Shown here piece by piece: positions 51,077 to 64,000 of a DNA stretch of 64,000 nt. Made by a program: the position numbers and the translations under genes. Numbering within the stretch: the first letter of the stretch is position 1; each line of letters begins with the position of its first letter. This DNA is from Octopus bimaculoides. Lineage: Eukaryota. Under the pieces are notes generated by a model. It saw only the letters and a list, made by a program, of their open reading frames with translations, was not told the DNA's origin and did no database searches. The stretch is from positions 76,758,049 to 76,822,048 of the forward strand of contig NC_068981.1 in assembly GCF_001194135.2 (NCBI RefSeq), in the 5' to 3' direction.

Positions 51077-52739
51077 GCTAATGTGTGTATGTATACACAC
51101 ACACACACACACACACACACANNNNNNNNNNNNNNNNNNNNNNNNNNNNNNNNNNNNNNNNNNNNNNNNNNNNNNNNNNNNNNNNNNNNNNNNNNNNNNN
51201 NNNNNNNNNNNNNNNNNNNNNNNNNNNNNNNNNNNNNNNNNNNNNTATATATATATATATATATATATGCATTATATATATGCATAGACATGATATTGTA
51301 TTATATACGGTTCACTCACATACATAAATATGTATAATATATATGTACATGTGTACATAAATGTGCCTGAGCGTGTGTTTTGAATTTTGTCACGTGATCA
51401 ATAAAATCAGATACATATGTAACTGAAGTTTATAGATCACGTGGTCTGTCAATATCGCCTGCTCGAGCAAACCTCTCCCATATTACAACCGGTCTGTCTG
51501 AAAATATTGATTCTTAATTCCGCGCTAAATCTTATCTCTAATCCACTTTGTAGTTTACTGTTATTTCACTCTCTTTCTTTACCTCTTTCTTTTCTTACTA
51601 ATTCTCTCCCCTGGCCCACTTCCATTTGCTTCCACTCCCTTTCTCTCTGATCTTATTGACATATGCAAATTCTATCTAGCTTTCACGTTATATTAATACT
51701 CAAACATTCCCACCTTTCTTCAACTTCCTCTTTTCCTCTTTCTCTTTGTATCTGTAGTAATTCCTGTACGTCATTATGCACACATACCACACCCCTTGCA
51801 TACTCAAACGTTCATAACATACATCATACTCACATACTTGCACACAATGAATGAAACAGAAAATTCCTACACTCATTTACATATAAAACTCTGTTTCGCA
51901 TACACACACAAACACACACACACATAATCATAGAAAATCTTAAACGCATTGACTCAAGTAATGCAAACGCTGACACATTATTTCTTTTAGAATCGTCGTC
52001 ATCATCTTGATTATTTCGCATCAAATCTCTTTATTCACTCATTTCTTCACAATACATACAACAGCCGGATATTTCTTCCAAAACGACACGAAATATTCGC
52101 CAGAATATCACGCAATAATTATCCTTTAAAACCACAGCCAAAAGATCTATCAGCTTTCAGTTTGGATCACTTTCTCACTTCCTATACCGAGGAATCGATA
52201 AATGTATACACACATACAAACACACATATACACATATATGTATGCATGTATATATGTATGTCTAAAACAGCTTACTAGTGCAAGTTCAGTCAGTCGAAAA
52301 CTCTGCATACCGAACTCTAGAAGGTTTCAGGGGTACTCAAAGAGAATGCGCAACGTTTGAGAGCCCTTACTTTGGATGGTTTGCAGAGCACTGCCCCTCC
52401 ACACAGATTTGAAACCTCCACCTACAGGTTTCATCATTCATTTTCAGTCATATCCAACGGCTGGCACGCACGTCTATCGTCTAAATTGCCTTCAACATTT
52501 GCTTTCCGATGTTAGACACCATTTTATAGCGGCTACCATTTCAATCTGGTCCGAATGAGACCCCTTCATCCAACTTATAGAGAAAATTACTGCGTTCCAA
52601 TCAGCATGAGTACAGTCATCGAGTAGCATCTCATATCACTCTTGTTTCCCAACTTGGGTTGCATGTAAATTGTTTTCAGTGAACAGTTAATTCAATCAGA
52701 TGTATAATCGTACGTTCCTCACACCATATTGTCATGTCC

Positions 52740-53130
52740 GACTTCTTCTTTGGTGGTATTGTGCTTCCTTGTATACCTTTCCAACGTCATTGACCTGTTA
52801 GATAAAATATGCTTTAGCGTGCCAACTTTTCCGCATCTACATTTGACATCATTCGTTATTTTCTGACGCAGCAGATCATTCCAAACCCAGCTGCAGATCT
52901 CATTCCAACCAACCTTCCTCCTTTCAATAGCCTTTACTTAACACTTGAAAATCTGACATTGCTGACAGCATTGGATTAAAAGCTGTTCCCTTTTTCCTTC
53001 CTTCTATTTTGCTTAGCAACTAACGACGCGTTCTTCGAAAATGGTTTAAATGGATTGCAGCCAATCCCCTTCCGGTCACTTTGAATTGCTCCCACTATAT
53101 CTCGATGTTCCAGTGGTGTTATTGTCATCA
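52740..53130 (-). pseudogene. RLE-type non-LTR retrotransposon C-terminal remnant with decayed CCHC knuckle
   Basis: LEHRDIVGAIQSDRKGIG (cf. L.H.DIVG.VQ.GR.GLG) and KCRCGKVGTLKHILSNR...RYTRKHN (cf. C..CG...TL.HILS.C...RYTWRHN). Confidence 0.7.
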
Positions 53131-53536
53131 GTTTCTTACTCTGCTCTCTATTATATATATATGTATGTGTATCTATACATAAATTGGTTGATGGATGTTT
53201 TGATTAACAAGTAAGTTGGTATAGGCATACTAAAAGGAGACATTTTTTTATAGCTGTATATGTATGTGTGTGTATACACACATATATACATTCACACGTG
53301 TATATACATACATACATATATATGTATATATATANNNNNNNNNNNNNNNNNNNNNNNNNNNNNNNNNNNNNNNNNNNNNNNNNNNNNNNNNNNNNNNNNN
53401 NNNNNNNNNNNNNNNNNNNNNNNNNNNNNNNNNNNNNNNNNNNNNNNNNNNATATATATATATATATATACACATGAATATATATATTTACATATATATA
53501 CATATATACATATATAATACATATACATATATATAG

Positions 53537-53586
<50 letters not shown>

Positions 53587-53789
53587 ATATATACATACGT
53601 ATATACGCACACAACATATATAGAGTCATACACACATACATACGTATATATATACATATATATACCTACATGCATATATATACATACATATATACACACA
53701 CACACATACACACATATATGCCAGTGTGCGCCTGTGTGTACCATCGAGATAGAATGCATGCAAGCATACATATGTAGATATGGAGAAAC

Positions 53790-53830
<41 letters not shown>

Positions 53831-53831
53831 T

Positions 53832-53880
<49 letters not shown>

Positions 53881-54520
53881 CGGACAATGTATTTTAGAGT
53901 AATATAAGCTTCAAAGTGCTCAATACAATTTTGTGTTTGAGAGGGCCATGTTTGGTATGTATTTACCTTTATTTATGTGCGAGCACACCGGTCGGCTGCT
54001 CATATCAGCGCATCGGGAAGAAAATAGATGGAATGAATGTCAGCAGTTTAAACGACGCATCGGTGAAAGTAATGTTGGTTATTCGAGTGTACTTTGATGT
54101 GTCTTACGTCATGGTGAGAAATTTCCGAGAAAGTATTTTAGTATGTGTTGACACGTTGAAAATAATTTCTTTTCCTTTTAATCTGTGATTGGGTAGCACG
54201 GATCATGCCAGCGAAGTATTTAGTAAAATCAGATGTTCAAAGCAATATTTTCCACGTATCAGTAACATACTGAGCTGTTGTGAAGACAAGGATGGCATTC
54301 GATGGAACACATTCTAAGTCCCATGCAGCTTGTTCATATCATGCAACTTCTTCACATCAGGAACTGTCTAAAATATCTTTCCCTTAAGACTACTCTTCAA
54401 AAGGTAGGCAAGCACCATATTTCAGGAACTGTATGTCAACATACTTTGTCGTACATTCGTCAGCAGTATACAAGATAGTTCTTCATGGTCTTACACGTTT
54501 CAATGCATCTTAATTATTTT

Positions 54521-54690
54521 ATTCTTTTATTTATTTCAGTCATTTGACCTCGGCCATGCTGGATCACCGCCTTTAGTTGAACAAGTCGACCCCAGGACTT
54601 ATTCTTTGTAAGCCTAGTACGTATTCAATCGGTCTTTTTTGCCCGACTGCTAAATTTTGGGGACATAAACATACCAACATCGGTTATCAC
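54521..54690 (-). mobile_element. SINE family 1, 3' half, antisense
   Basis: tttcagtcatttgacctcggccatgctgg...gtcgaccccaggacttattctttgtaagcctagtac. Confidence 0.85.
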
Positions 54691-54726
54691 ACACACACAC
54701 ACGCACGCACACACAAACACACACAT

Positions 54727-54765
<39 letters not shown>

Positions 54766-54790
54766 CACGCACGCACGCACACATATATAT

Positions 54791-57700
54791 ATTGTAAAAG
54801 AAAGTCGTCAGAATGTTGGGAAAAAAATCTTTTTACTTCGTTATTATTAACGCTTTCGTTCGTTTCTCGAAATTGTCAAATAANNNNNNNNNNNNNNNNN
54901 NNNNNNNNNNNNNNNNNNNNNNNNNNNNNNNNNNNNNNNNNNNNNNNNNNNNNNNNNNNNNNNNNNNNNNNNNNNNNNNNNNNNNNNNNNNNNNNNNNNN
55001 NNNNNNNNNNNNNNNNNNNNNNNNNNNNNNNNNNNNNNNNNNNNNNNNNNNNNNNNNNNNNNNNNNNNNNNNNNNNNNNNNNNNNNNNNNNNNNNNNNNN
55101 NNNNNNNNNNNNNNNNNNNNNNNNNNNNNNNNNNNNNNNNNNNNNNNNNNNNNNNNNNNNNNNNNNNNNNNNNNNNNNNNNNNNNNNNNNNNNNNNNNNN
55201 NNNNNNNNNNNNNNNNNNNNNNNNNNNNNNNNNNNNNNNNNNNNNNNNNNNNNNNNNNNNNNNNNNNNNNNNNNNNNNNNNNNNNNNNNNNNNNNNNNNN
55301 NNNNNNNNNNNNNNNNNNNNNNNNNNNNNNNNNNNNNNNNNNNNNNNNNNNNNNNNNNNNNNNNNNNNNNNNNNNNNNNNNNNNNNNNNNNNNNNNNNNN
55401 NNNNNNNNNNNNNNNNNNNNNNNNNNNNNNNNNNNNNNNNNNNNNNNNNNNNNNNNNNNNNNNNNNNNNNNNNNNNNNNNNNNNNNNNNNNNNNNNNNNN
55501 NNNNNNNNNNNNNNNNNNNNNNNNNNNNNNNNNNNNNNNNNNNNNNNNNNNNNNNNNNNNNNNNNNNNNNNNNNNNNNNNNNNNNNNNNNNNNNNNNNNN
55601 NNNNNNNNNNNNNNNNNNNNNNNNNNNNNNNNNNNNNNNNNNNNNNNNNNNNNNNNNNNNNNNNNNNNNNNNNNNNNNNNNNNNNNNNNNNNNNNNNNNN
55701 NNNNNNNNNNNNNNNNNNNNNNNNNNNNNNNNNNNNNNNNNNNNNNNNNNNNNNNNNNNNNNNNNNNNNNNNNNNNNNNNNNNNNNNNNNNNNNATTATG
55801 TCTGTTGTGACTGTAGAGTTCTGTATTTTTATGTGGCTATCAAGGAATGGTAATTCATTGCACCTGGATTCTATCGTGAATTTGATGGATGGGTGAAGTG
55901 TGTTCAGTATGTTATTAAATATGCTTAGATCTTCATTCGAGGTGTCCCACAGGATGAAGCAATCAACAAGGAAGTGTTTCCACTTTTTAATGATATATTT
56001 CTTGTAATCCTGATCAAAAGTTTTTTTCGACTTCCTCATAAAGTTTTTTTCCAAGTATCCCATAACTAAGTTTGCATATGAGGGCGCAAACTGCATACCA
56101 ATAGCCGTGTCCTTTTCTGTCGATATGTTTTATTGTCGAATCCAAAGGTATTTTCTTCTAGTACTAGGCGTGTGGCCTTGGTGATGAAGTCAGTCTTGAA
56201 GCGTTCATTTATCCGTCCTCTGCGTTTCTCTACCCAGTGCTTGATTGCTTCTAGACCTTAAATGTGAGGTATATTAGTATACAGATTGATGACCTCAAAA
56301 CTTGTAAGTATAGTACCTTCTGCGACAGTGGGAGGGATGTATTATATGAAATCTCTGTCATTCCGTACATAACTGGATATTAAAGGGCACAAACGTTTTA
56401 GGAGTATGTGTAAAAAATGACTTACTTGTTGTGTTGATGCTTGAGGTCCAACAATTATTGGTCTTAGTTTGAAGTCAGCAGGCCTTAGTATTTTTACGTA
56501 CTGGTTCTTCTGCCTATTTATGACACTTTGTATTTCGGAGCTTTTGTGGATTTTGGGTAATCCGTAGTAATTGCTTTCTCTGATTTCCGAGTTGCATATA
56601 TAATCTTTCTCCTTGTCTGTGAAGGAATCTTGTAATTCATTGATTAGTTTCCTGATTTTATTCATTATTGTTTTATCTGAGTGTCTTGGTTCTTCTTTGT
56701 AGTAAGTTTGGTTTGTTAACATTTCCAATATTTTACCTTTATAATAGTTCTTGTCCATGATTACTATTGCCCCTCCATTATCGGCCTCTTTTAGGATTAT
56801 TGAGTTGTCATTCTTCAGTGCTTGTAAGGCTTCCTTTTCTCCTTCACGAAGATTTTGTTTGCATCTGTGGGTATTTATGGGAAATTTGGAAATCGTGTCT
56901 ATATACGCGTCTAAATATTTGTCTTTTCCCTTGTAGGGGGTGAAGTGAGATTTATTTTTGACTATTGATTCCTCATTTAAATCCTTACTGATGGAGAATT
57001 CTATAAGTCGGAGGTGGCGGTTGAAGTGTTCAATAATTAAATGAGATTATGTGTGGGTGTCGGGGTAAACTTGAAACTTTTCAATAGGAGGCTCATCTCA
57101 TTCTTGTTGAGGTTTTTATTTGCCAAATTTATGATCTTCGGGTCTCTATTTCCTGTGTGTTCATTTAAATGTTGTGTTTTATCGGGTCCGATATGTGATT
57201 TGGGTATTTTCTGCCTAAAAAAGGAATTGTGTTACCGTGTCTCCATTTTCTGATTTCGGCGTTCTGGTTCCCATGTAGCGGGAGGGTGGTTCATGTCCTT
57301 TATAAGAATTCCGCTGGTTATAAGTTTTGTTTTCTTCCCGTCTTCCATGCTTTTTCCGCCATTCAGGATATATGGGATTTTTGGTCGTAAATCGTGGGTT
57401 GCTTGAGTTGTCATGATGATTATTATACATATTATAGTACATGCGCTGTCAGTATTTTATTTGTCTTTCTTCCCATGTATTCATCCATCTAGAATGCATG
57501 TTATTACAGGCTGGTGGTTGTCTGTGTGCTATTTGTCTTTCATGTCGTTTTTCCTTTGTATTTATCCATCTATGGTATTTGAAATTATGGGTTGATGGTT
57601 GTCTTCTATATTTCATGCGTTGGCTATTCGAGGTGTCATGTATTGTAGAATATCGGTTTCTAGTCTGTACTAGGGGTGAGATAGAGGTCATTTCCGCGTA

Positions 57701-58730
57701 TGTTCTTGGGTAATTAGAGGTTCGATATATTAGTCCAGTTCTTCTGGGGTTGGTGTTTATGTTTGCTTTCTATTTCCACGTATTTTTTTGTTGTGTTTCG
57801 TTTTCATAATGGATTTTTTCTCCATGGTTTTTTTTCATGGTTAGTGAACCGCTCTTGTTTTTATAGATTTTTCTTCTTCTCGCTTTCTGCCTTCTTTCCA
57901 TAGTTTTTGCAGTTTTTCATGACATTGATTGTTACTCTGCTCAGCGATTTTAGTAAACATAACTGAGTCAATTGTTTTTACTTTCTTTTCGCGTCGTATT
58001 TTTCGTGATTTCTGCTTCTAGTTGGCATAAAACTAAATTCGCGCGTATCGTTGTCTCTTTCAGTGATTCACTTCTTATTTCTTTAATAAGAAATTTTCTG
58101 GGCAGGATTGGGTTTTCTTTGCTTCGCCAGTTCTGGTAGGTGTTTGCTATATCGTTGCATCGAATGCTTTGCAATATGTATGTTTCCGTTGATTACAAAG
58201 TTTCTTCCAGAGATGTGGTTTCAAGTGATTCTGTTGTTGTAGATAAATTCTTGCTATTTTCTTGTTGTTCGTCTTTGTTGTTAGAGCACCTCTTGTATGG
58301 GTATCATTCACAGTTTTATCAGCATTGGTGAAGATTGTGTCAAGTTCTAATTAAATTCAATTTATTAGATATTTCTGTGAGAAGTTCTTCTGTATTTTTG
58401 GTGTTTTTCGGCTGCGAGTTTGACTGTGATCCATTCATTCTAGTGTCGTCTTGTGCATCCAATGAGATACGTATAGAGTATTAGGTGTGGTGTACAGAAA
58501 TTGAATATTGAGAAAAAAGTCGGCAGAATTTTTGGAAAAAAATCTTTTTATTTCTTCATTATTATTAGCGCTTCCATTCGTTTCTCGAAATTGTGAAATG
58601 AAATTTTGTGAATGTACAAACAGCTTGTTCATTTATATAAAACAGATGTTTTTGGACGTTTTGTTTAGAAGAAGAAAACATTGTTTTTATTTTTGGGGGG
58701 TGAGATTTCATGACAATGAAGATATATAGA
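54791..58730 (-). mobile_element. Near full-length decayed Penelope-like retroelement with terminal direct repeats
   Basis: RT motifs in order on the minus strand: IKEADKGGAIVIMDK, YGLPKIHK, LRPII, TSFEVINLYTNI, FAPSYANLVMG, KWKHFLVDCFILW, NTLHPSIKFT, LPFLD; 54791-54883 repeats at 58507-58602. Confidence 0.88.
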
Positions 58731-58755
58731 TAGAAATATAGGTAGGTAGATAGAC

Positions 58756-58805
<50 letters not shown>

Positions 58806-59223
58806 TCAGACGGATAGATAGTCAGACGGATAGACAGATAGGTAGAGAGAGGGGGAGAGAGAAGGGAGATCCCCCTTCCTATTCACCATTCATTTATTTA
58901 TCTAGTCATTTACCATTCTATTGGAATGGGTAAGGATGGTGATCTCTTCAAAAAAAGAAAAAGAAAAAAACAGGTGACATGTGGTCATCACTGAAAGTCT
59001 TTTGCTTTATTTCTCTCTTCCACCTCTTTTTTCTCTTTCTTTTCTTCTCTTTCCTCCTTTCCCCTCTTTCTTTCTTTTTCTCCTCTGTGAGTTATATTTA
59101 GAATACAAAATGTACTGTCTCCCTGTTTCTTTCAAACGTTCAATTTTGGAGAGAATTTTTTGATGATATGTAGTTCTGCATGAAAAAGCATTAGCACAAT
59201 ATTTACAAATCCGGACTACTATA

Positions 59224-59346
59224 AGTTTCCTTCTACCAAATCCACTCACAAGGCTTTGGTCGGCCCGAGGCTATAGTAGAAGATAGTTGCCCAAGATGCA
59301 ACGCATTGGAAATAAACCCGGAAAAATGTGGTTGGGAAGCAATTCC
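59224..59346 (-). mobile_element. SINE family 1, 5' half, antisense
   Basis: ctaccaaatccactcacaaggctttggtcggcccgaggctatagtagaaga...ttgcccaag. Confidence 0.85.
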
Positions 59347-59789
59347 TCATGTGACTTTTTTCATTTATTTTCTTCACAATTAAAAAGATTTTTTTTTTTG
59401 AAAAGCAGAATTTAAAGGCAGACTTCGAAACATTTTCTGAATAGCCAAAGAAAATATTTTGTGATGCTTATTTTGTTGTTGAAATGGTGTATATCGCAAA
59501 ACATTTGTCTTAATTTTATTTGTTGAGCAATTTCTTGATGACAGTGATTACTTAATTCATATATGGTTTCGTCCATGCAATCTTTTCTCGCTGTATATCT
59601 CTGCATTTCTATTAAACATAGCTACGTCGGAAGATAAAACATTTGTACTTTTACAAGTGTGTAGTGATATCTTGATCATGTTGGTTGGATATTTATATTG
59701 TGTACGCATTTACATTAGAATAATGACTGGTTTAGTAAAGGAGTTGGTATGGTTTCGATTTTAAATTAAACGTAAGAGCAAGTAATTTT

Positions 59790-59990
59790 ACCGTCGTAAA
59801 TTTTGTTTCTACAGTCACTGACAGTCCGAATATAATAAATCTTATTAGATTCATCGTATCGTTCAGGCATTCAATCAAGATGTCATAAATCCTAAGTCTC
59901 TCGTTAGTGTGCAGATCTACATCAGTGGCATTAAACAGCTCTCCATTTCGTCGAAGAAAGAGAGGTCTAGGCCATTGTTTGTCGTCTAGA
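59790..59990 (-). pseudogene. Possible RTE-like RT remnant
   Basis: RRNGELFN...IECLNDTMNLIRFIIFGLSVTVETK loosely parallels RTE 'R.DG.LFN' and 'LQ.L.D.F...FGL.IS..KT'. Confidence 0.4.
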
Positions 59991-60009
59991 AAATTACGTA
60001 TACACACAT

Positions 60010-60063
<54 letters not shown>

Positions 60064-60321
60064 NNNNNNNNNNNNNNNNNNNNNNNNNNNNNNNNNNNNN
60101 NNNNNNNNNNNNNNNNNNNNNNNNNNNNNNNNNNNNNNNNNNNNNNNNNNNNNNNNNNNNNNNNNNNNNNNNNNNNNNNNNNNNNNNNNNNNNNNNNNNN
60201 NNNNNNNNNNNNNNNNNNNNNNNNNNNNNNNNNNNNNNNNNNNNNNNNNNNNNNNNNNNNNNNNNNNNNNNNNNNNNNNNNNNNNNNNNNNNNNNNNNNN
60301 NNNNNNNNNNNNNNNNNNNNN

Positions 60322-60366
<45 letters not shown>

Positions 60367-60370
60367 TAAT

Positions 60371-61255
60371 AAATGAAAAAATGTATGGTAAATAAACAAA
60401 CGACATAACGTATACTGAGGGAACAAACCGGAAGGAAGACAGGCTCAGAATGTCCCTAATTCTTCATGCAGTATTACCAAAATGGTAATACTCATTTTCG
60501 CACCATTAATGATAAGACTGAGAACTTCCCATGCTGGTGGTACCCGCGAAAGTAGCGGAAAATAAGGTCGAGAGCAAACAAACAAAACAATACAGAGTGG
60601 ACATACGAACGTGAATAAATGTGAATGAAGACGATGGACAAAGACGAAATGAATAAGAAATGAGCGAAATATAGCCTCAGGGCCAAAAGGACAAGAATGG
60701 TAGGTAACGCTTGTTCAGAAGACATCCTAAAGTTTAGAAAACAGTGAAACAGCGAATTTGCAACCAGTCAGCTACACAAAAAGTGAGAAAGGGAGAGAAA
60801 GAAAAGAAAGGTGACCACAGGTCACGTAATAGCAGCAGGTAGATGAGAAAGAGGGTAAGAGAGAAGGAGAGAGAGAGCGAAGAGGAGAAATCCTAAGAAT
60901 ACAAGGGGGCGAGAGAGAGAAAACAGAAAAAGTGGAAAGGCTAGAAATAGAAGTGAGAAGACTTGAGAGAGATACGGGGAAAGAGTGAAGGCAAGTGTTA
61001 ATACGAGTCGGCGTATAAATGAAAAACATGTATGGTAAATAGACAAATGACATAAGGTATACTGAGTGTACAAAGCGGACGGGAGACAAACACAGAAGGT
61101 CCAGAATTCTTCATCAGTTATCAAACAAATGGTGCGAAACTTAATATTACCATTTTGGTTGATAACTGATAAAGACTTAGGGGTCCTAAGTGTTTGTCTC
61201 CCATCCGGTTTGTAGACTCACTATATGTGATTTTATTTGTTTATTTACCATACAT
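60371..61255 (-). mobile_element. Family A element: terminal unit in direct repeat (60371-60505 and 61017-61135) plus an inverted copy (61126-61255)
   Basis: All three units contain tatggtaaata.acaa..gacataa.gtatactga or its reverse complement; the body aligns with 28140-28575. Confidence 0.75.
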
Positions 61256-61383
61256 TCTTCATTACGGAACGTAATGCACGCCGACTCGTTTCAACATTAT
61301 ACATACATACATAAATACAAATATAATATATATATATACATATATATATTCGTATTTATATATATATGCATGTATGTATTATG

Positions 61384-61425
<42 letters not shown>

Positions 61426-61566
61426 CATACATACATACATACATACATACATACATACATACATAGTACAGATGTGTGTGAGTGTGCAGGCGTGCGGGCG
61501 GTTTTGCAGCTGTACGTGTGCGTGTGTGCACATGTACTTGTGTTTATATGTATATATGTACATATG

Positions 61567-61662
<96 letters not shown>

Positions 61663-61671
61663 TGTGTGTGC

Positions 61672-61707
<36 letters not shown>

Positions 61708-63094
61708 AAGTTTAGAACATTTATAGATAGGTCTTAAAGCTGTTTCTGGGATATTTTATATATCTCTTCATCGGAGACGATGTGAGAGAATGGTTAAGCA
61801 ATAGTTATTTGAGATAGGATATGAAATAGAGAACGAAGTGGAGGAATGAAAATAGACGTGTGATATGCAGGGATATTGCATCAGTAGATCCATTATTTAG
61901 GCAGAATGGAATACATATAGGATTCCAATACCCTGTGAGTAAGTTCCAATAGTATGAAAAATTGGTCATTCCAAGTATAGAGTTTGTACACATTGTTCTC
62001 GAATCAAGGATTTTATTTAAAGTGACCCAAAAGTTGGGAATGTATTTGTAAGGTTAAATTGAAAACAGGAAGAGAGGAATAAAGAAAAGAAAAAAAGGAA
62101 AAAAGACTCCTTATGCACATAATCACCGAACCTGGAGCTTAACTATAGTCTGTCCATACCACTTGATCCGCATTACCTCACAACTTTGGGTCTTATTGAC
62201 AACACCATTACCTTTCATACCCCCTCCCCCTCCCTCTCTCTCTCTCTCTACATATATATATATATATATATAAATANNNNNNNNNNNNNNNNNNNNNNNN
62301 NNNNNNNNNNNNNNNNNNNNNNNNNNNNNNNNNNNNNNNNNNNNNNNNNNNNNNNNNNNNNNNNNNNNNNNNNNNNNNNNNNNNNNNNNNNNNNNNNNNN
62401 NNNNNNNNNNNNNNNNNNNNNNNNNNNNNNNNNNNNNNNNNNNNNNNNNNNNNNNNNNNNNNNNNNNNNNNNNNNNNNNNNNNNNNNNNNNNNNNNNNNN
62501 NNNNNNNNNNNNNNNNNNNNNNNNNNNNNNNNNNNNNNNNNNNNNNNNNNNNNNNNNNNNNNNNNNNNNNNNNNNNNNNNNNNNNNNNNNNNNNNNNNNN
62601 NNNNNNNNNNNNNNNNNNNATATATATATATATATATATATACATGTATATATATATATATGCATACACATACATAAATATATGCATGTGTGTTTATGTA
62701 CCTGTGCGTGCGTATTTGTGTATGTATATATCGCTATCTGTTTATCATACTAACTATATACGCACCATTGAACGGTGCTTTCGTATTTGTACGAGGGAAA
62801 ATCATTTTATAGTTATTTTATGTTTTAAATGTCATAGAGTATGTGGTGTCAATGTCTATTGGTTTCCTTACTTTATTTGTTTTGCATGTCTCCAGTTCTA
62901 GGTTGATTATCACTTAGGCATTACTATTTGCTGTTTTATGTATAACCACCTTGGTTTTTTCGTTTCTTTTTCAGTAACATTGGTTCAATAATTTCAGTCC
63001 GCTAGTTTGTTTTAATGCTATATATTTTTAATTTTTACATTTCTTGGGATGGCCTTGTAGAAACTGAGGACAATTCTCTGTTATCTGTTTATTA

Positions 63095-63103
63095 CTATCA
63101 TCA

Positions 63104-63147
<44 letters not shown>

Positions 63148-63261
63148 GTTCAGTAGTTTTATTTTTATAACGTGCTTTCACTTCACTACCGAGCGCAGCT
63201 TTGTGCGCCTCGGGTATGTGCTGTGGTTTGCTGTGGTGCTCTTATGTTTACTGTATTATTA

Positions 63262-63328
<67 letters not shown>

Positions 63329-63511
63329 TATTATTAAAAGTAGTAGTTCTTAATTACCGGTTGTTCTTTATTTGAAAGCAGGCACTAACAAATCACCAAA
63401 GGTTCCAAGTAGTGCTTTCGGCTATGACTCAAAGTGACAATACACTCTTTAGAATGCGAGCTGTATTCAACAATGCCATCTTCAGAATCACTTCGAGCTT
63501 GACAGCAGCTC

Positions 63512-63604
<93 letters not shown>

Positions 63605-63710
63605 CATTATTATTATTATTAATATAGAAGCTTCCTGAAGATATAGAATCAAAATTAAAAGAGTGGCATTGTTATCTAGTGAGCGATATTATTATTATTA
63701 TTATTATTAT
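63095..63710. repeat. Four (TAT)n/(TAA)n tracts separating retroelement 3' ends
   Basis: Tracts at about 63095-63145, 63255-63335, 63513-63620 and 63688-63710. Confidence 0.95.
63336..63512 (-). mobile_element. 3' end of an RLE-type LINE with (TAA)n tail
   Basis: GAAVKLEVILKMALLNTARILKSVLSL* (63429-63512) resembles the RLE C-terminal 'QK.ALLGTARILR.VL'; a short UTR then (TAA)n follows. Confidence 0.7.
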
Positions 63711-63711
63711 T

Positions 63712-64000
63712 TTATGTTTGACTTTTGTTTTGCATTTGTACAGGTTGGATCCAAGTCTCACCCAGAGACCTCAAGAGACAACAAGTTAGAAGTTCATATA
63801 GGTGTTATGCCTAGGGTACCATATATTTGGATTTGTACAGTTTTGTTCAAGTGAATGTTTAAGAAACCATAAGAGAATTATGTGTTTGCTTTAAAATTTG
63901 AGATCACATAGACAGTATTTTACGTAGGATATGGGCAGTTCCCATGAGCACTATCTTTTGAACTTCAGCCATTTTGGGGTTTCCTGGTATCTGAGCTAGG
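63712..64000 (-). mobile_element. 3' end of a second RLE-type LINE with (TAA)n tail
   Basis: LAQIPGNPKMAEVQKIVLMGTAHILRKILSM* (63904-64000); 3' UTR then (TAA)n. Confidence 0.85.

Noticed and set aside
58670-58730. HHR in the 5' terminal repeat of the large PLE
   Set aside because: Only vague traces (gucauga...aaaacaaug); too degenerate to call.
62784-62810. TACGAGGG mariner-like TIR start
   Set aside because: No partner TIR and no transposase remnant nearby.

Overview
AT-rich, gap-riddled, non-genic or intronic animal DNA. The SINE families and microsatellite load look like a coleoid cephalopod, probably Octopus (inference from recalled family sequences, not a search). About 20 N-gaps are present, almost all bordered by microsatellites. 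No intact host gene is recognisable: nearly all ORF-track entries are microsatellite or gap artefacts, and only two candidate minus-strand exons remain. The window holds at least three tRNA-derived SINE families, RTE-like and RLE-type (R4/Dong/NeSL-like) LINE remnants, and three Penelope-like element (PLE) remnants. One of these is near full length with terminal direct repeats, and another retains a GIY-YIG domain. Several foldback structures are also present. The most interesting signal is a set of hammerhead-ribozyme (HHR) motifs from several unrelated repeat families. Two have a perfect catalytic core and sit divergently in a 231-bp inverted repeat at 22.4-23.2 kb. A third intact core is at 25.7 kb, there are minimal or degenerate variants elsewhere, and one family has a permuted (type II-like) arrangement. 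Stacked (TAA)n-tailed RLE retrotransposon 3' ends occupy the right end of the window.
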